64,000 bases of DNA from an uncultured Spirochaetota bacterium (GTDB lineage Bacteria > Spirochaetota > Spirochaetia > SZUA-6 > Fen-1364): positions 480,001-544,000 of the forward strand of contig CAVTHO010000007.1 of the NCBI GenBank assembly GCA_963734545.1, written 5' to 3'. The notes below the pieces were generated by a model, which was given only the letters and a program-made list of their open reading frames with translations, was not told where the DNA came from and did not search any database. The translations under genes were made by a program, and so were the position numbers. The first letter of the stretch is position 1, and each line of letters starts with the position of its first letter. This document shows, in pieces, positions 51,235 through 60,349 of the stretch.

Positions 51235-52310
51235 GTGAACGGCATCACGGTATTGTCCATTCACGATCGGATCGCGTGCTTTCATTCGCTGCAGCCGTTC
51301 CTTTTCTCCCGCTCCGCACGGCGCTTCACATTCACGAGCTCGCCCGAGTGGTGCCTTGCGCGTGACCGCAATGAAACCCTGATAATGGTCCGTCTCTTCA
51401 TCAAGCCTGACCGCGTTGATGAAGAGCTCCTGCGGCGACTCCGCGCCCGCTACAGGCGCATTGCTTTTTTCCACGATGATGCAGGGGGAGGCATCCCGCG
51501 CCTGGAAGTCCTCCCGCACGTCGATCTGTTCTTCTCGAAGGCGCTCTTCCGCGACCGCTCGCTGTATGGGAAACCCCTCTATGGCAAGGAGCTGTACTCC
51601 GACTACTTCCATCGCACCTACGGCGTCGTCGATCCCGATCACCGGGAGCGGCCGTCTGAATCGCGGCCCGAGCAGCTCGCGAAGCTGCGTCTATCGTGGA
51701 ATATCGGCGTGGGCGACTACCCGAGGGGGAAGCTTCGTCAACGGACGGGCGTAGCGGCTTCCCTGGCGCTCGGCTTTCGCGCATCGAAGTTTTTCTACAG
51801 CCATTCCAGACTGAATCCCGACCCCGTGGGGACCAACAAGGGCATTTTCCCCGTGCACGCGCGCATCGGTCTTGTCCGGCGGCCCTCGATTGCTCACCAG
51901 CGCAAGCTCATCCTCGAACGAATCAGTGGCGAAGATGATTTCCTGACAGGCGAGGTCTCGCAGCGACGCTTCAATTACGAGGTCAAGAACTCCCGTATCA
52001 CCTTGAGCCCGTTCGGCTGGGGAGAGCTTTGCCTGCGGGACTTTGAGGCCGTCCGGGCAGGGTCGCTTGCTCCTCAAGCCTGACATGTCCCACCTGGAAA
52101 CCTGGCCCGATATCTTCGTGCCTCTGGACACGTACGTTCCTTTCGACTGGGAGGGACAAAACCTTGTCGAGCAGGCACGCACATACCTGCGTGACGAGGC
52201 CGCACGGGCACGGATCGCGCGCCGGGCATTTGCGCGCTACCAGGAACAACTCGCCGGCCTGAGACGCGCGTTTCGAATCGGTGATCGCCGAAATAGAGGG
52301 AAAGGAGCGA
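51235..52310 (+). CDS. Glyco_trans_1_2/CgeB-like glycosyltransferase (frameshifts ~52070 and ~52265; end approximate)
   Basis: LSPFGWGELCLRDFEA followed by LLKPDMSHLETWP in another frame. Confidence 0.65.
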
Positions 52311-52319
52311 ATGAGGGAC

Positions 52320-53046
52320 ATGGCCCGAATCACCATCGCGGAAATAGTCGCCACCCTGCCGCCGGAGAAGAAGAAATGACACTCCCTTCAGCAAGTTCGT
52401 CCTCAGGCCGCTTTCTTTCCCGGCTGCGTGGATCTTCCTTGCGCTCGGCTGGGGGCCGAATGGAGTCACCTATCTGTCGGCCGTGTTCTGCCTCTTCGGA
52501 TTCGGGTTCCTCGTCGCAGGGCCGGTGTGGGCGGCGTGGGTCGGGTTTGGGTTCTTCTTCCTCTTTGGAATTCTCGACTGCGCAGACGGCAACGTGGCGC
52601 GGGTACGCCGAAAACCGAGCCAGTGGGGGGAGTGGGTGGACGCGTTCGGCGGCTACGTTGCATACACCACGATCCTGCTCGGAGCGGGCGCTGCTGCGCA
52701 ATCGCAGGGCGCGGGCGGGTTCCCCGGGATCAGCGGCGCGGTTCTCCCATGGGCCGGAGGCTGGGTGCTCGTCGGCGGCGTGACCGCCGCTGCCAACCTG
52801 TTCATGAGGACCATTTACCAGGCCCATCGCGCCATCAAGCCGGATCCCGGCCGCGCCAGCGTGGGTGAGGAAAAGAACCTCAGCAATCACCTTGGCATTA
52901 CCGGCATGCTTCTGCCCGCATTTGCCCTGGGTTTCGGCCTGGGCATATTGCCATGGGTCCTTGCCGCGTACGCGGTATTCTATTGCGGTGGCTGCCTGCT
53001 CGTGTCCGTGAACCTGATACGCCGCGTGGAATCGGAGATCAAATGA
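52320..53046 (+). CDS. CDP-alcohol phosphotransferase family protein (frameshift ~52375)
   Basis: MARITIAEI...EKK joins NDTPFSKFVLRPLSF..PNGVT and LDCADGNVAR-x8-G-x3-D; several TM segments. Confidence 0.8.
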
Positions 53047-54830
53047 AGATTGGTGCGTGGATCGCCGAGCTGGGCAAGGAGCCCTTGCCGGGCATGCGCG
53101 AATCGGATCTTTCCGGCAGGCCGTACGCGACCATGGCGATGATCTTCTGCCTGGCGGCGATCATCATCGTGCCGCTTCTTCAGTCTTTCAGGGGGCTGGA
53201 CCTCACGGATACAGGATTCGTGGCGACCAACCAGCGCCTCATTTTCAGCGACCCTGCGCGCGTGGCATACTGGTTTCACCTGTGGCTTACAAATATCCTG
53301 GGTGGAGTGGTCGATCTCATCTTCGGCCGCTGGGGACTGCTGCCCATGAAACTGGCAGCCGCGGTCATTTTCTGGGGAACCGCGGCAGCCGCCTTCAAGC
53401 TTTTCAAGTCGGCATTGCCCCGGGAGCTTGTCTGGGTTGGAGTGACCGTCTCGATCGTCTTCGGCTTTGCCGACAAGATCAACATCATTCATTACAACAA
53501 CCTGTCCGCCCTTTTCATGGCCCTCGGGGCCTGGTTGATCACAGATGGCTGCATTTCGAAACGGCGCGGGCTGTTGTTTGCCGCTGGATTCACGCTGGGG
53601 ATGAACGTGCTGGTGCGCGTGCCCAATGCGCTGGGCCTTGGTCTCATCTTCATCCCGCTCATACTCGATGCGGTCACGGGCGGCAGGTCCGGACGCCTTC
53701 GCGCGGATTCCCGGGGGGTGCGCCTCTACATTGCGGGTGCAATCGCCGCGCTGCTCATAGGCTTCTCGGTGATGGCAGCTCTCGGTCACCTCCCACTCTA
53801 TCTTGCCTCCCTGCGTGACCTGGGTGCTTCAACAGGAACGGAAGGCTCGCAATACCGCTCGTCCCTGTTGTTCCTGCGGCCTGCGCGGGACGGCGTGCTC
53901 GCCGTCGTGCTGGGGGCGCTTAGCCTCGCCTGTATCACGGTTTTCGCCGCAGTGATCGGCTTGCTGAAAAGCCGCATCATGCGGACCGGGCTGCTCGTGC
54001 TGGCAGGCATTCTGCTGTGCGTTGCCTTTTTCCGCGGCTTTCCCGGCGATCCGGTAAGCTACACGGCCTTCCGCGCAATTGCAGGCCTGGGGTACCTTGC
54101 CGCCCTTGCTGCCGCCTTGTTTCTCGTTGCCCCCGGAGATGAGCGGCTCAGGGCGGGCTCGGCCATGGCCGCTGCCGTAGTGATCGTCCTCACCGTGGGA
54201 TCGGATACGGCGATCAAGGTTTCCACCTACGCGTTCCCTCTCCTCGTGCCTGGCATCCTTGGGGTCCTGAGCCGGATAGGCAGGATCAAATTGCCGCCGA
54301 GCGAACGCGGCTTTCCGTCGCTTTCTGCCCTGGTCGTGGTGGTTGTCCTTGGAGCCCTGTCGGTATTCGGCATCGCGCGCAGCATCTACAGGGACACCTT
54401 CAGGATGACACGCACCGTCAATCACCCGATGCTGGCAGGTATCTTCACGAGCCCGGCCCGCGCCCAGGCACTGGAAGAGGCCCTGCCGGTCATTTCTTCC
54501 TTCGCGCCGCCGGGGAGCGATCTGCTGGCATATGACAGCCTGGGCCTCATTCATTTCGCCACCCGCACCAGGCCGTACCTGGACAATCCCTGGCCGGCTC
54601 TCTATCCGTCCTCCGAGTTGGAATCGAGGCTCAAGGCAAGAGAAGAGCAGGGGCCCCTGCCGGTCGTGGTCCTTGCCGCGCACAATCCCCGTTCGGCCGC
54701 GTGGCCGATGAATCCTCAGTTGCCCGTGCGCGTGGACATAGTCAGGGCATTCATCGAGCGGCATGGGTATACTCTGAAATGGCAGAATGACGCTCTTGCC
54801 GTCTACCTGCCGCCGGACACAAAACCATGA
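53043..54830 (+). CDS. Polytopic membrane protein, probable GT-C (ArnT/PMT-like) glycosyltransferase
   Basis: GLDLTDTG acidic loop after TM1, more than 10 TM segments and a soluble C-terminal domain; next to GtrB/GtrA. Confidence 0.6.
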   Translation: MKIGAWIAELGKEPLPGMRESDLSGRPYATMAMIFCLAAIIIVPLLQSFRGLDLTDTGFVATNQRLIFSDPARVAYWFHLWLTNILGGVVDLIFGRWGLLPMKLAAAVIFWGTAAAAFKLFKSALPRELVWVGVTVSIVFGFADKINIIHYNNLSALFMALGAWLITDGCISKRRGLLFAAGFTLGMNVLVRVPNALGLGLIFIPLILDAVTGGRSGRLRADSRGVRLYIAGAIAALLIGFSVMAALGHLPLYLASLRDLGASTGTEGSQYRSSLLFLRPARDGVLAVVLGALSLACITVFAAVIGLLKSRIMRTGLLVLAGILLCVAFFRGFPGDPVSYTAFRAIAGLGYLAALAAALFLVAPGDERLRAGSAMAAAVVIVLTVGSDTAIKVSTYAFPLLVPGILGVLSRIGRIKLPPSERGFPSLSALVVVVVLGALSVFGIARSIYRDTFRMTRTVNHPMLAGIFTSPARAQALEEALPVISSFAPPGSDLLAYDSLGLIHFATRTRPYLDNPWPALYPSSELESRLKAREEQGPLPVVVLAAHNPRSAAWPMNPQLPVRVDIVRAFIERHGYTLKWQNDALAVYLPPDTKP

Positions 54831-55747
54831 AACTATCCGTCTGCATTCCTGTCTACAACGGCGCGAAAACAATAGGCGCCCTCGTTGAGCGCGTCATGCA
54901 TGTCTGCGGAAACCGCGACCTGGACATTGTCCTGGTCAATGACGGAAGCCGTGATTCGAGCGAAGAGGTCTGCAATGGACTGGCAGAACGCTTTGCGCCC
55001 GTCACCGCCATAACGCTGCGAAAAAACTTCGGCGAGCATAATGCGGTAATGTGTGCCCTGGCAAATTGCACAGGTGACTATGCGGCCGTTATCGACGACG
55101 ATTTCCAGAATCCACCGGAGGAAATCCAGAAGCTGCTGGACGAGGCACAGAAGGGCTACGACGTTGTCTATTCGAAGTACCGGCACAAGAAACACAACCT
55201 CTTTCGCAACCTGGGCAGCTCGTTCAATGACATGATGGCCACTGCGCTCATGCGGAAGCCGAAGGACCTGTACCTGAGCTCATTCAAGGTCATTGCCCGG
55301 CCGATCATAGACGAGATCGTGAAGTACAAGGGCCCCTTCCCGTACATTGACGGCTTGATCCTTCGCGCCACCGCCTCCATCTCCTCGGTGTACGTCGAGC
55401 ACAGCGCGCGGGAAGAAGGGCGCTCGAACTACACGCTCGGCAAGCTGGTCAGCTTGTGGCTCAACATGTTCGTCAACTTCTCCATACGCCCCATGAGGGT
55501 GATCAGCCTGGTCGGGTTCGCGACATCGGCTCTCAGCTTCGTACTCGGGATCGCTTTCCTCCTGGAGAGAATCCGCTACCCCAAAGATCCTCCGGGATGG
55601 GCTTCGATAGTTGTTCTGGTGCTCTTCCTCGGTGGAGTCCAGACGCTGGCCCTCGGCATCATCGGCGAGTATGTGGGCAAGAACTATCTCGACAGGAATG
55701 GGACCCCCCAGTGGACGATAAAAAGCAAACGCTCGCGCGGGAGGTGA
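54827..55747 (+). CDS. GT2 polyprenyl-phosphate glycosyltransferase (ArnC/GtrB-like)
   Basis: IPVYN, VNDGS.D, KNFGEH, DDDFQNPPEEI, two C-terminal TMs and GIIGEY. Confidence 0.9.
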   Translation: MKLSVCIPVYNGAKTIGALVERVMHVCGNRDLDIVLVNDGSRDSSEEVCNGLAERFAPVTAITLRKNFGEHNAVMCALANCTGDYAAVIDDDFQNPPEEIQKLLDEAQKGYDVVYSKYRHKKHNLFRNLGSSFNDMMATALMRKPKDLYLSSFKVIARPIIDEIVKYKGPFPYIDGLILRATASISSVYVEHSAREEGRSNYTLGKLVSLWLNMFVNFSIRPMRVISLVGFATSALSFVLGIAFLLERIRYPKDPPGWASIVVLVLFLGGVQTLALGIIGEYVGKNYLDRNGTPQWTIKSKRSRGR

Positions 55748-56145
55748 TACCCCAGTTCATCCGATTCAATTTCGTCGGAATCTTGAACACAGGGCTCACC
55801 TATGCGATATACGCCGGCCTCGTGTTCGTCGGGGTCAATCATTTTGTCGCCCTCGGGGCCGACTACGCGGTGGGAATTGTCTTCAGCTTCATTATGAACA
55901 AGAGACTCACCTTTCGGGTCGCGGGCCGGGGAAGCATAAGCATGTTCGCCAGGATGGTGGGATCCTATGTGCTGATTCTCGCTCTGAACGCATTGATTCT
56001 CTGGGCGCTCGTTGACAGGGGCGGCGTGAACACGTACCTCGGACAAGGCATCGCGCTGGCCGTGGTCGTGCTTCTCTCCTTCGCGGCGCAGCGCGTCCTC
56101 GTGTTCAGGGTGCATCGGAGGGAGCCCAATGGCGAGCATCATTAA
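55744..56145 (+). CDS. GtrA-family flippase
   Basis: QFIRF.FVG..NT and NKRLTF motifs; four TMs in ~133 aa. Confidence 0.88.
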   Translation: MIPQFIRFNFVGILNTGLTYAIYAGLVFVGVNHFVALGADYAVGIVFSFIMNKRLTFRVAGRGSISMFARMVGSYVLILALNALILWALVDRGGVNTYLGQGIALAVVVLLSFAAQRVLVFRVHRREPNGEHH

Positions 56146-56215
56146 GCTTCCGTCGCACAGCGACGCGAGGTGCGAGACGCTGCATGTTTTCTCACGCGTG
56201 AAGGGAGAGGCATGA
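56129..56215 (+). pseudogene. 28-codon ORF resembling the N-terminus of FdtA/QdtA (WxcM) sugar 3,4-ketoisomerase
   Basis: GGAGGGAG RBS, then [14 protein letters not shown](C)[13 protein letters not shown], with the stop overlapping the rmlA ATG; resembles the 'II.LP...D.RG.L' start of FdtA-type cupins. Confidence 0.45.
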
Positions 56216-57084
56216 AAGGAATTGTGCTGGCAGGGGGCAAGGGCACGCGTCTGTACCCGGCAACACGTGTCATTTCAAAGCAGCTGCTCCCTGTCTACGA
56301 CAAGCCGATGATCTACTATCCCTTGTCGGTGTTGATGCTTGCGGGCATCCGGGAGGTGCTTGTCATCTCGACGCCCGAAGATACACCGAGGTTTGGTGAG
56401 CTGCTGGGAGACGGGTCCTCCTGGGGCATGCGCATCTGCTACGCGGCGCAGGAAAAGCCCGAAGGACTTGCGCAAGCTTTCCTCATCGGCGCCGAGTTCA
56501 TAGGCCGCGATTCCGTTGCGCTCATACTTGGCGACAATCTCTTCTTCGGCCAGAGCTTCACAGAGCTTCTGAAAAAAGCGTCGGAGTTGAAAAAAGGCGC
56601 TGTCATATTCGGCTATCCTGTCAAGGACCCCCAGAGATTCGGCATCGTGGAGCTGGACGCGGATGGTCGCGCGCTCTCCATCGAGGAAAAGCCTGCTCAG
56701 CCGAGATCCAAGTACGCCGTCACGGGACTGTATTTCTATGATAACGATGTCGTGAATATCGCTCGGGGCATCAGGCCATCGGCGCGGGGAGAGCTGGAGA
56801 TCACGGATGTGAACCGCGCGTACCTGGCGCGGGGGGCGCTTCGCGTCGAGCTCCTGGGCCGCGGCTTCGCGTGGCTGGACACCGGCACCAGTGAAAGCCT
56901 GTTGGAGGCCAGCATGTTCGTGCAGGCAATTCAGCACCGGCAGGGCTACCAAATCGCGTGCCTGGAGGAGATCGCCTTTTCCAACGGCTGGATCGGTGCG
57001 GACGAGCTTGAGCGCGCCGCGCGTGCGCATGGATCGAGCGAATACGGGGAGTACCTGCGCGAGCTCCACCGCGGACTTCCCTGA
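56212..57084 (+). CDS. rmlA: Glucose-1-phosphate thymidylyltransferase
   Basis: [43 protein letters not shown] and WLDTG motifs. Confidence 0.96.
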   Translation: MKGIVLAGGKGTRLYPATRVISKQLLPVYDKPMIYYPLSVLMLAGIREVLVISTPEDTPRFGELLGDGSSWGMRICYAAQEKPEGLAQAFLIGAEFIGRDSVALILGDNLFFGQSFTELLKKASELKKGAVIFGYPVKDPQRFGIVELDADGRALSIEEKPAQPRSKYAVTGLYFYDNDVVNIARGIRPSARGELEITDVNRAYLARGALRVELLGRGFAWLDTGTSESLLEASMFVQAIQHRQGYQIACLEEIAFSNGWIGADELERAARAHGSSEYGEYLRELHRGLP

Positions 57085-57090
57085 CAAGGC

Positions 57091-58167
57091 GTGATGATGA
57101 GGGATTTCAAGACAATCCTCGTCACCGGCGGGGCGGGCTTCATCGGCTCGAATCTCGTTCGGTATCTTTTCGGGCCTGCGGGCTTCAAGGGAAAGATCGT
57201 CAATCTCGATTCCCTGACGTATGCGGGCAACCTGGAAAGCCTTGCGGACGTGGCGGCGGAGTTCGGCGCGCGCCGGTACTGCTTCGAGCGCGTCGATATC
57301 CGGGACATCGAGGCAGTCCGTCTCGTTTTCGACCGACATCGCCCGGATGCCGTGGTCCACCTGGCGGCGGAGAGCCATGTCGACAGGTCGATCATCGGAC
57401 CGCGCGACTTCCTGGAGACGAACGTCCTGGGGACCTTCAACCTCCTCGAGGCTGCCCGCGCAGCGTGGAAGGATCGATCAGATGTGCTCTTCCACCACGT
57501 GAGCACCGACGAGGTATACGGCTCTCTCGGAGAGACGGGGAAATTCACGGAAGAAACTCCCTATGACCCTCACTCGCCTTACTCCGCGAGCAAGGCGGCC
57601 AGCGATCATCTCGTCCTCGCCTATTTCCATACGTACGGGCTCCCCATCACCCTCTCCAACTGCTCCAACAACTACGGACCCTACCAGTTTCCGGAGAAGT
57701 TCCTCCCCCTCATGATCATCAACATGCTCGAAGGCAAGAGCCTGCCGGTGTACGGAGACGGGCGGAATGTCCGGGACTGGCTCTACGTGGATGATCATGC
57801 GGCTGCGATCTGGCTGATCATGACGGCAGGCACACCCGGGGAGAAGTACAATGTCGGGGGGGAGACCGAGTGGGAGAACATCCGGCTCCTCCATGAGCTC
57901 ATGTCAGTGGTTTCGAAGAGCACGGGTCGTGAGGCGCGCGACTATGAGCGCCTCATTACATTTGTGAAGGACAGGCCCGGTCATGACCGCCGCTATGCCA
58001 TTGATTGCTCGAAGATCAAGCGTGAGCTGGGCTGGACACCCTCCTTGTCCTTCGCGGAAGGGCTTCAGCGCACCGCAGACTGGTACGTGGGCAACCCGGC
58101 CTGGATCGAGCGCGTTCGCAGCGGGGCCTACCGGCAGTGGATCGAGACCAACTACGGGTCACGGTGA
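57091..58167 (+). CDS. rmlB: dTDP-glucose 4,6-dehydratase
   Basis: TGGAGFIGSN, AAESHVDRSI, STDEVYG, PYSASKA and DRPGHDRRY motifs. Confidence 0.96.
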   Translation: MMMRDFKTILVTGGAGFIGSNLVRYLFGPAGFKGKIVNLDSLTYAGNLESLADVAAEFGARRYCFERVDIRDIEAVRLVFDRHRPDAVVHLAAESHVDRSIIGPRDFLETNVLGTFNLLEAARAAWKDRSDVLFHHVSTDEVYGSLGETGKFTEETPYDPHSPYSASKAASDHLVLAYFHTYGLPITLSNCSNNYGPYQFPEKFLPLMIINMLEGKSLPVYGDGRNVRDWLYVDDHAAAIWLIMTAGTPGEKYNVGGETEWENIRLLHELMSVVSKSTGREARDYERLITFVKDRPGHDRRYAIDCSKIKRELGWTPSLSFAEGLQRTADWYVGNPAWIERVRSGAYRQWIETNYGSR

Positions 58168-59288
58168 TGAACGTCCCGCCGAAGGTTCTCATCGCTTATA
58201 ACACCTCCTGGTACGTCTGGATGTTCCGGATGCCTCTGATCCGGTCCCTGCAGGCACGGGGATTCGAGGTCATCGTCCTGGCGCCCCACGACGAGTACAC
58301 GAGCCGCATCACTGCCGCGGGCATCGGCTGCCGCGAAATCCGCATGCGCGCCAAGGGCAGGAATCCATTCCAGGAGCTTCTGACCACGCGCGCTTTCCTC
58401 CGCGCCTACCGGGAAATCCGCCCCGACGTCGTCCTGCACTATACGATCAAGCCCAACCTCTACGGCTCCCTGGCCGCGCGCATCCTGCGGATCCCCGCGA
58501 TCGACAACGTCACCGGGCTCGGCGCCGTCTTTGACCGGGGCGGTCTGCTGCAGGCTGCGGTGCGTCTTCTCTACAAGGCTGCCTTCGCGCGCGTCGAGCG
58601 GGTTTTCTTCCAGAACCCGGACGATCGCGCTTTGTTCGTTCTTGGCGGCATGGTACGAGAGGCCCGTGCCGGCCTGCTTCCCGGCTCCGGGGTCGACCTG
58701 GACAAATTCTCGCCCCAGCCGCGCGGAACGGGTGCCTTCAGCTTTCTGTTCGTGGGACGGCTCCTCAAGGCAAAAGGGGTCGAGGAACTCATCAATGCGG
58801 CACGAATAGTCCAGGCTCGGCGGCCGGGTACCCGGGTCGTGCTGCTGGGCAAGCGTGACGACGAAGATCCCGGAACGGCTGATCCGGGCCTCCTGATGCA
58901 GTCAGGAGACGTTGTCGAGCTGGCGGGAAACGTCGACGATGTGCGGCCGTACCTCGCGCAGGCGGACTGCGTCGTCCTGCCTTCCTACTATCGCGAGGGG
59001 ACCCCGCGATCCCTCCTGGAGGCTGCTGCCATGGGTAAGCCTCTCATCGCGGCGGACTCGATCGGGACCAGGGAGCCGGTCCAGAACGGGGTGAACGGCT
59101 TTCTCTGCCGGCCGCGTGACCCGGATGACCTGGCCGCAAAGATGCTTGCAATGATCGAGCTTTCTGATGAAGCTCGCGCCCGGATGGGAACCGCGTCCCG
59201 AAGGATCGCCGAGGAGCGCTTTGACGAACGCATTGTGACGGAACGATACATTGAACTCATCGACCACCTGGTCGGGAAGGCGAGATAG
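58167..59288 (+). CDS. GT4 glycosyltransferase (PglA/CapM-like)
   Basis: HYTIKPNLYG, VTGLG, FQN.DD, PGSGVD and PSYYREGTPRSLLEAAA motifs. Confidence 0.9.
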   Translation: MNVPPKVLIAYNTSWYVWMFRMPLIRSLQARGFEVIVLAPHDEYTSRITAAGIGCREIRMRAKGRNPFQELLTTRAFLRAYREIRPDVVLHYTIKPNLYGSLAARILRIPAIDNVTGLGAVFDRGGLLQAAVRLLYKAAFARVERVFFQNPDDRALFVLGGMVREARAGLLPGSGVDLDKFSPQPRGTGAFSFLFVGRLLKAKGVEELINAARIVQARRPGTRVVLLGKRDDEDPGTADPGLLMQSGDVVELAGNVDDVRPYLAQADCVVLPSYYREGTPRSLLEAAAMGKPLIAADSIGTREPVQNGVNGFLCRPRDPDDLAAKMLAMIELSDEARARMGTASRRIAEERFDERIVTERYIELIDHLVGKAR

Positions 59289-59289
59289 C

Positions 59290-60339
59290 GTGCTGCATCT
59301 GGTCACGGGCGCTGCCGGCTTCATCGGTTTCCACCTGGCGCGCAAGCTCCTCGAACAGGGCGACGAGGTCGTCGGCGTGGATTGCCTCAATTCGTACTAC
59401 GACCCGTCGCTCAAGATGGCCCGTCTTTCCGAGCTGGGGATCGGTTCCGCGGCGGCACAGTGGGGTATCGAAGCCCCGAGCAGCCGCTATGACAAGCTCA
59501 CCTTTTTTCGGCTCTCGCTGGAAGACAGGGAAGGGATGGAGAAGCTCTTCGCGTCCCGCCATTTCGAGCGCGTGTGCAATCTCGCGGCGCAGGCGGGAGT
59601 GCGGTACAGCCTGGTCAATCCGCGCGCCTATGTCGAGTCGAATGTCAGTGGCTTTCTGAACGTTCTCGAGTGCTGCAGGGACGCACGCACACCCCACCTC
59701 GTTTATGCCTCCTCGTCGTCCGTGTACGGGCTGGACGCTGTCCGGCCTTCTTCCACGCGAGACCGCGCCGATCATCCAATGAGCATGTACGCGGCGACCA
59801 AGCGGGCCAATGAGCTGATGGCCCATACGTACAGCCACCTGTTCGGTTTGCCAACGACCGGCATTCGATTCTTCACTGTCTACGGCCCCTGGGGCAGGCC
59901 GGACATGGCTTACTTCAAGTTTGCCCAGGCCATCATGAATGGCCAGCCCATCGACGTGTACAATAACGGGGACATGCAGAGGGATTTCACCTACATAGAC
60001 GACGTCGTGGAAGGCATTCTTCGCATCATCGATCGGATCCCGGGTGCCGACACGTCGTGGGACCCTGGTCGCGCCGACCCCTCTTACTCAAGCGCCCCCT
60101 ATAGACTGTACAACCTGGGCAACAGCGCGCCCGAGCCGCTCTCAGGTTTCATCGCGGCGCTCGAAAACGTCCTGGGGCGGAAGGCAGTGAAGAAGTATCT
60201 TCCCCTGCAGCAGGGCGACGTGCAGGCGACGTGCGCGGACGTGGCGGATCTCGAACGCGATTTCGGCTGGAGGCCGCATACGAAGCTCGATGAGGGCCTG
60301 CGGCGCTTCGCGCAATGGTACCTGGCCCGGCTGAATTGA
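59290..60339 (+). CDS. UDP-glucuronate 4-epimerase (Uge/CapI type)
   Basis: TGAAGFIGFH, LAAQAGVRYS, YAATK and RFFTVYGPWGRPDMA motifs. Confidence 0.92.
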   Translation: MLHLVTGAAGFIGFHLARKLLEQGDEVVGVDCLNSYYDPSLKMARLSELGIGSAAAQWGIEAPSSRYDKLTFFRLSLEDREGMEKLFASRHFERVCNLAAQAGVRYSLVNPRAYVESNVSGFLNVLECCRDARTPHLVYASSSSVYGLDAVRPSSTRDRADHPMSMYAATKRANELMAHTYSHLFGLPTTGIRFFTVYGPWGRPDMAYFKFAQAIMNGQPIDVYNNGDMQRDFTYIDDVVEGILRIIDRIPGADTSWDPGRADPSYSSAPYRLYNLGNSAPEPLSGFIAALENVLGRKAVKKYLPLQQGDVQATCADVADLERDFGWRPHTKLDEGLRRFAQWYLARLN

Positions 60340-60349
60340 AAGGAACCGA

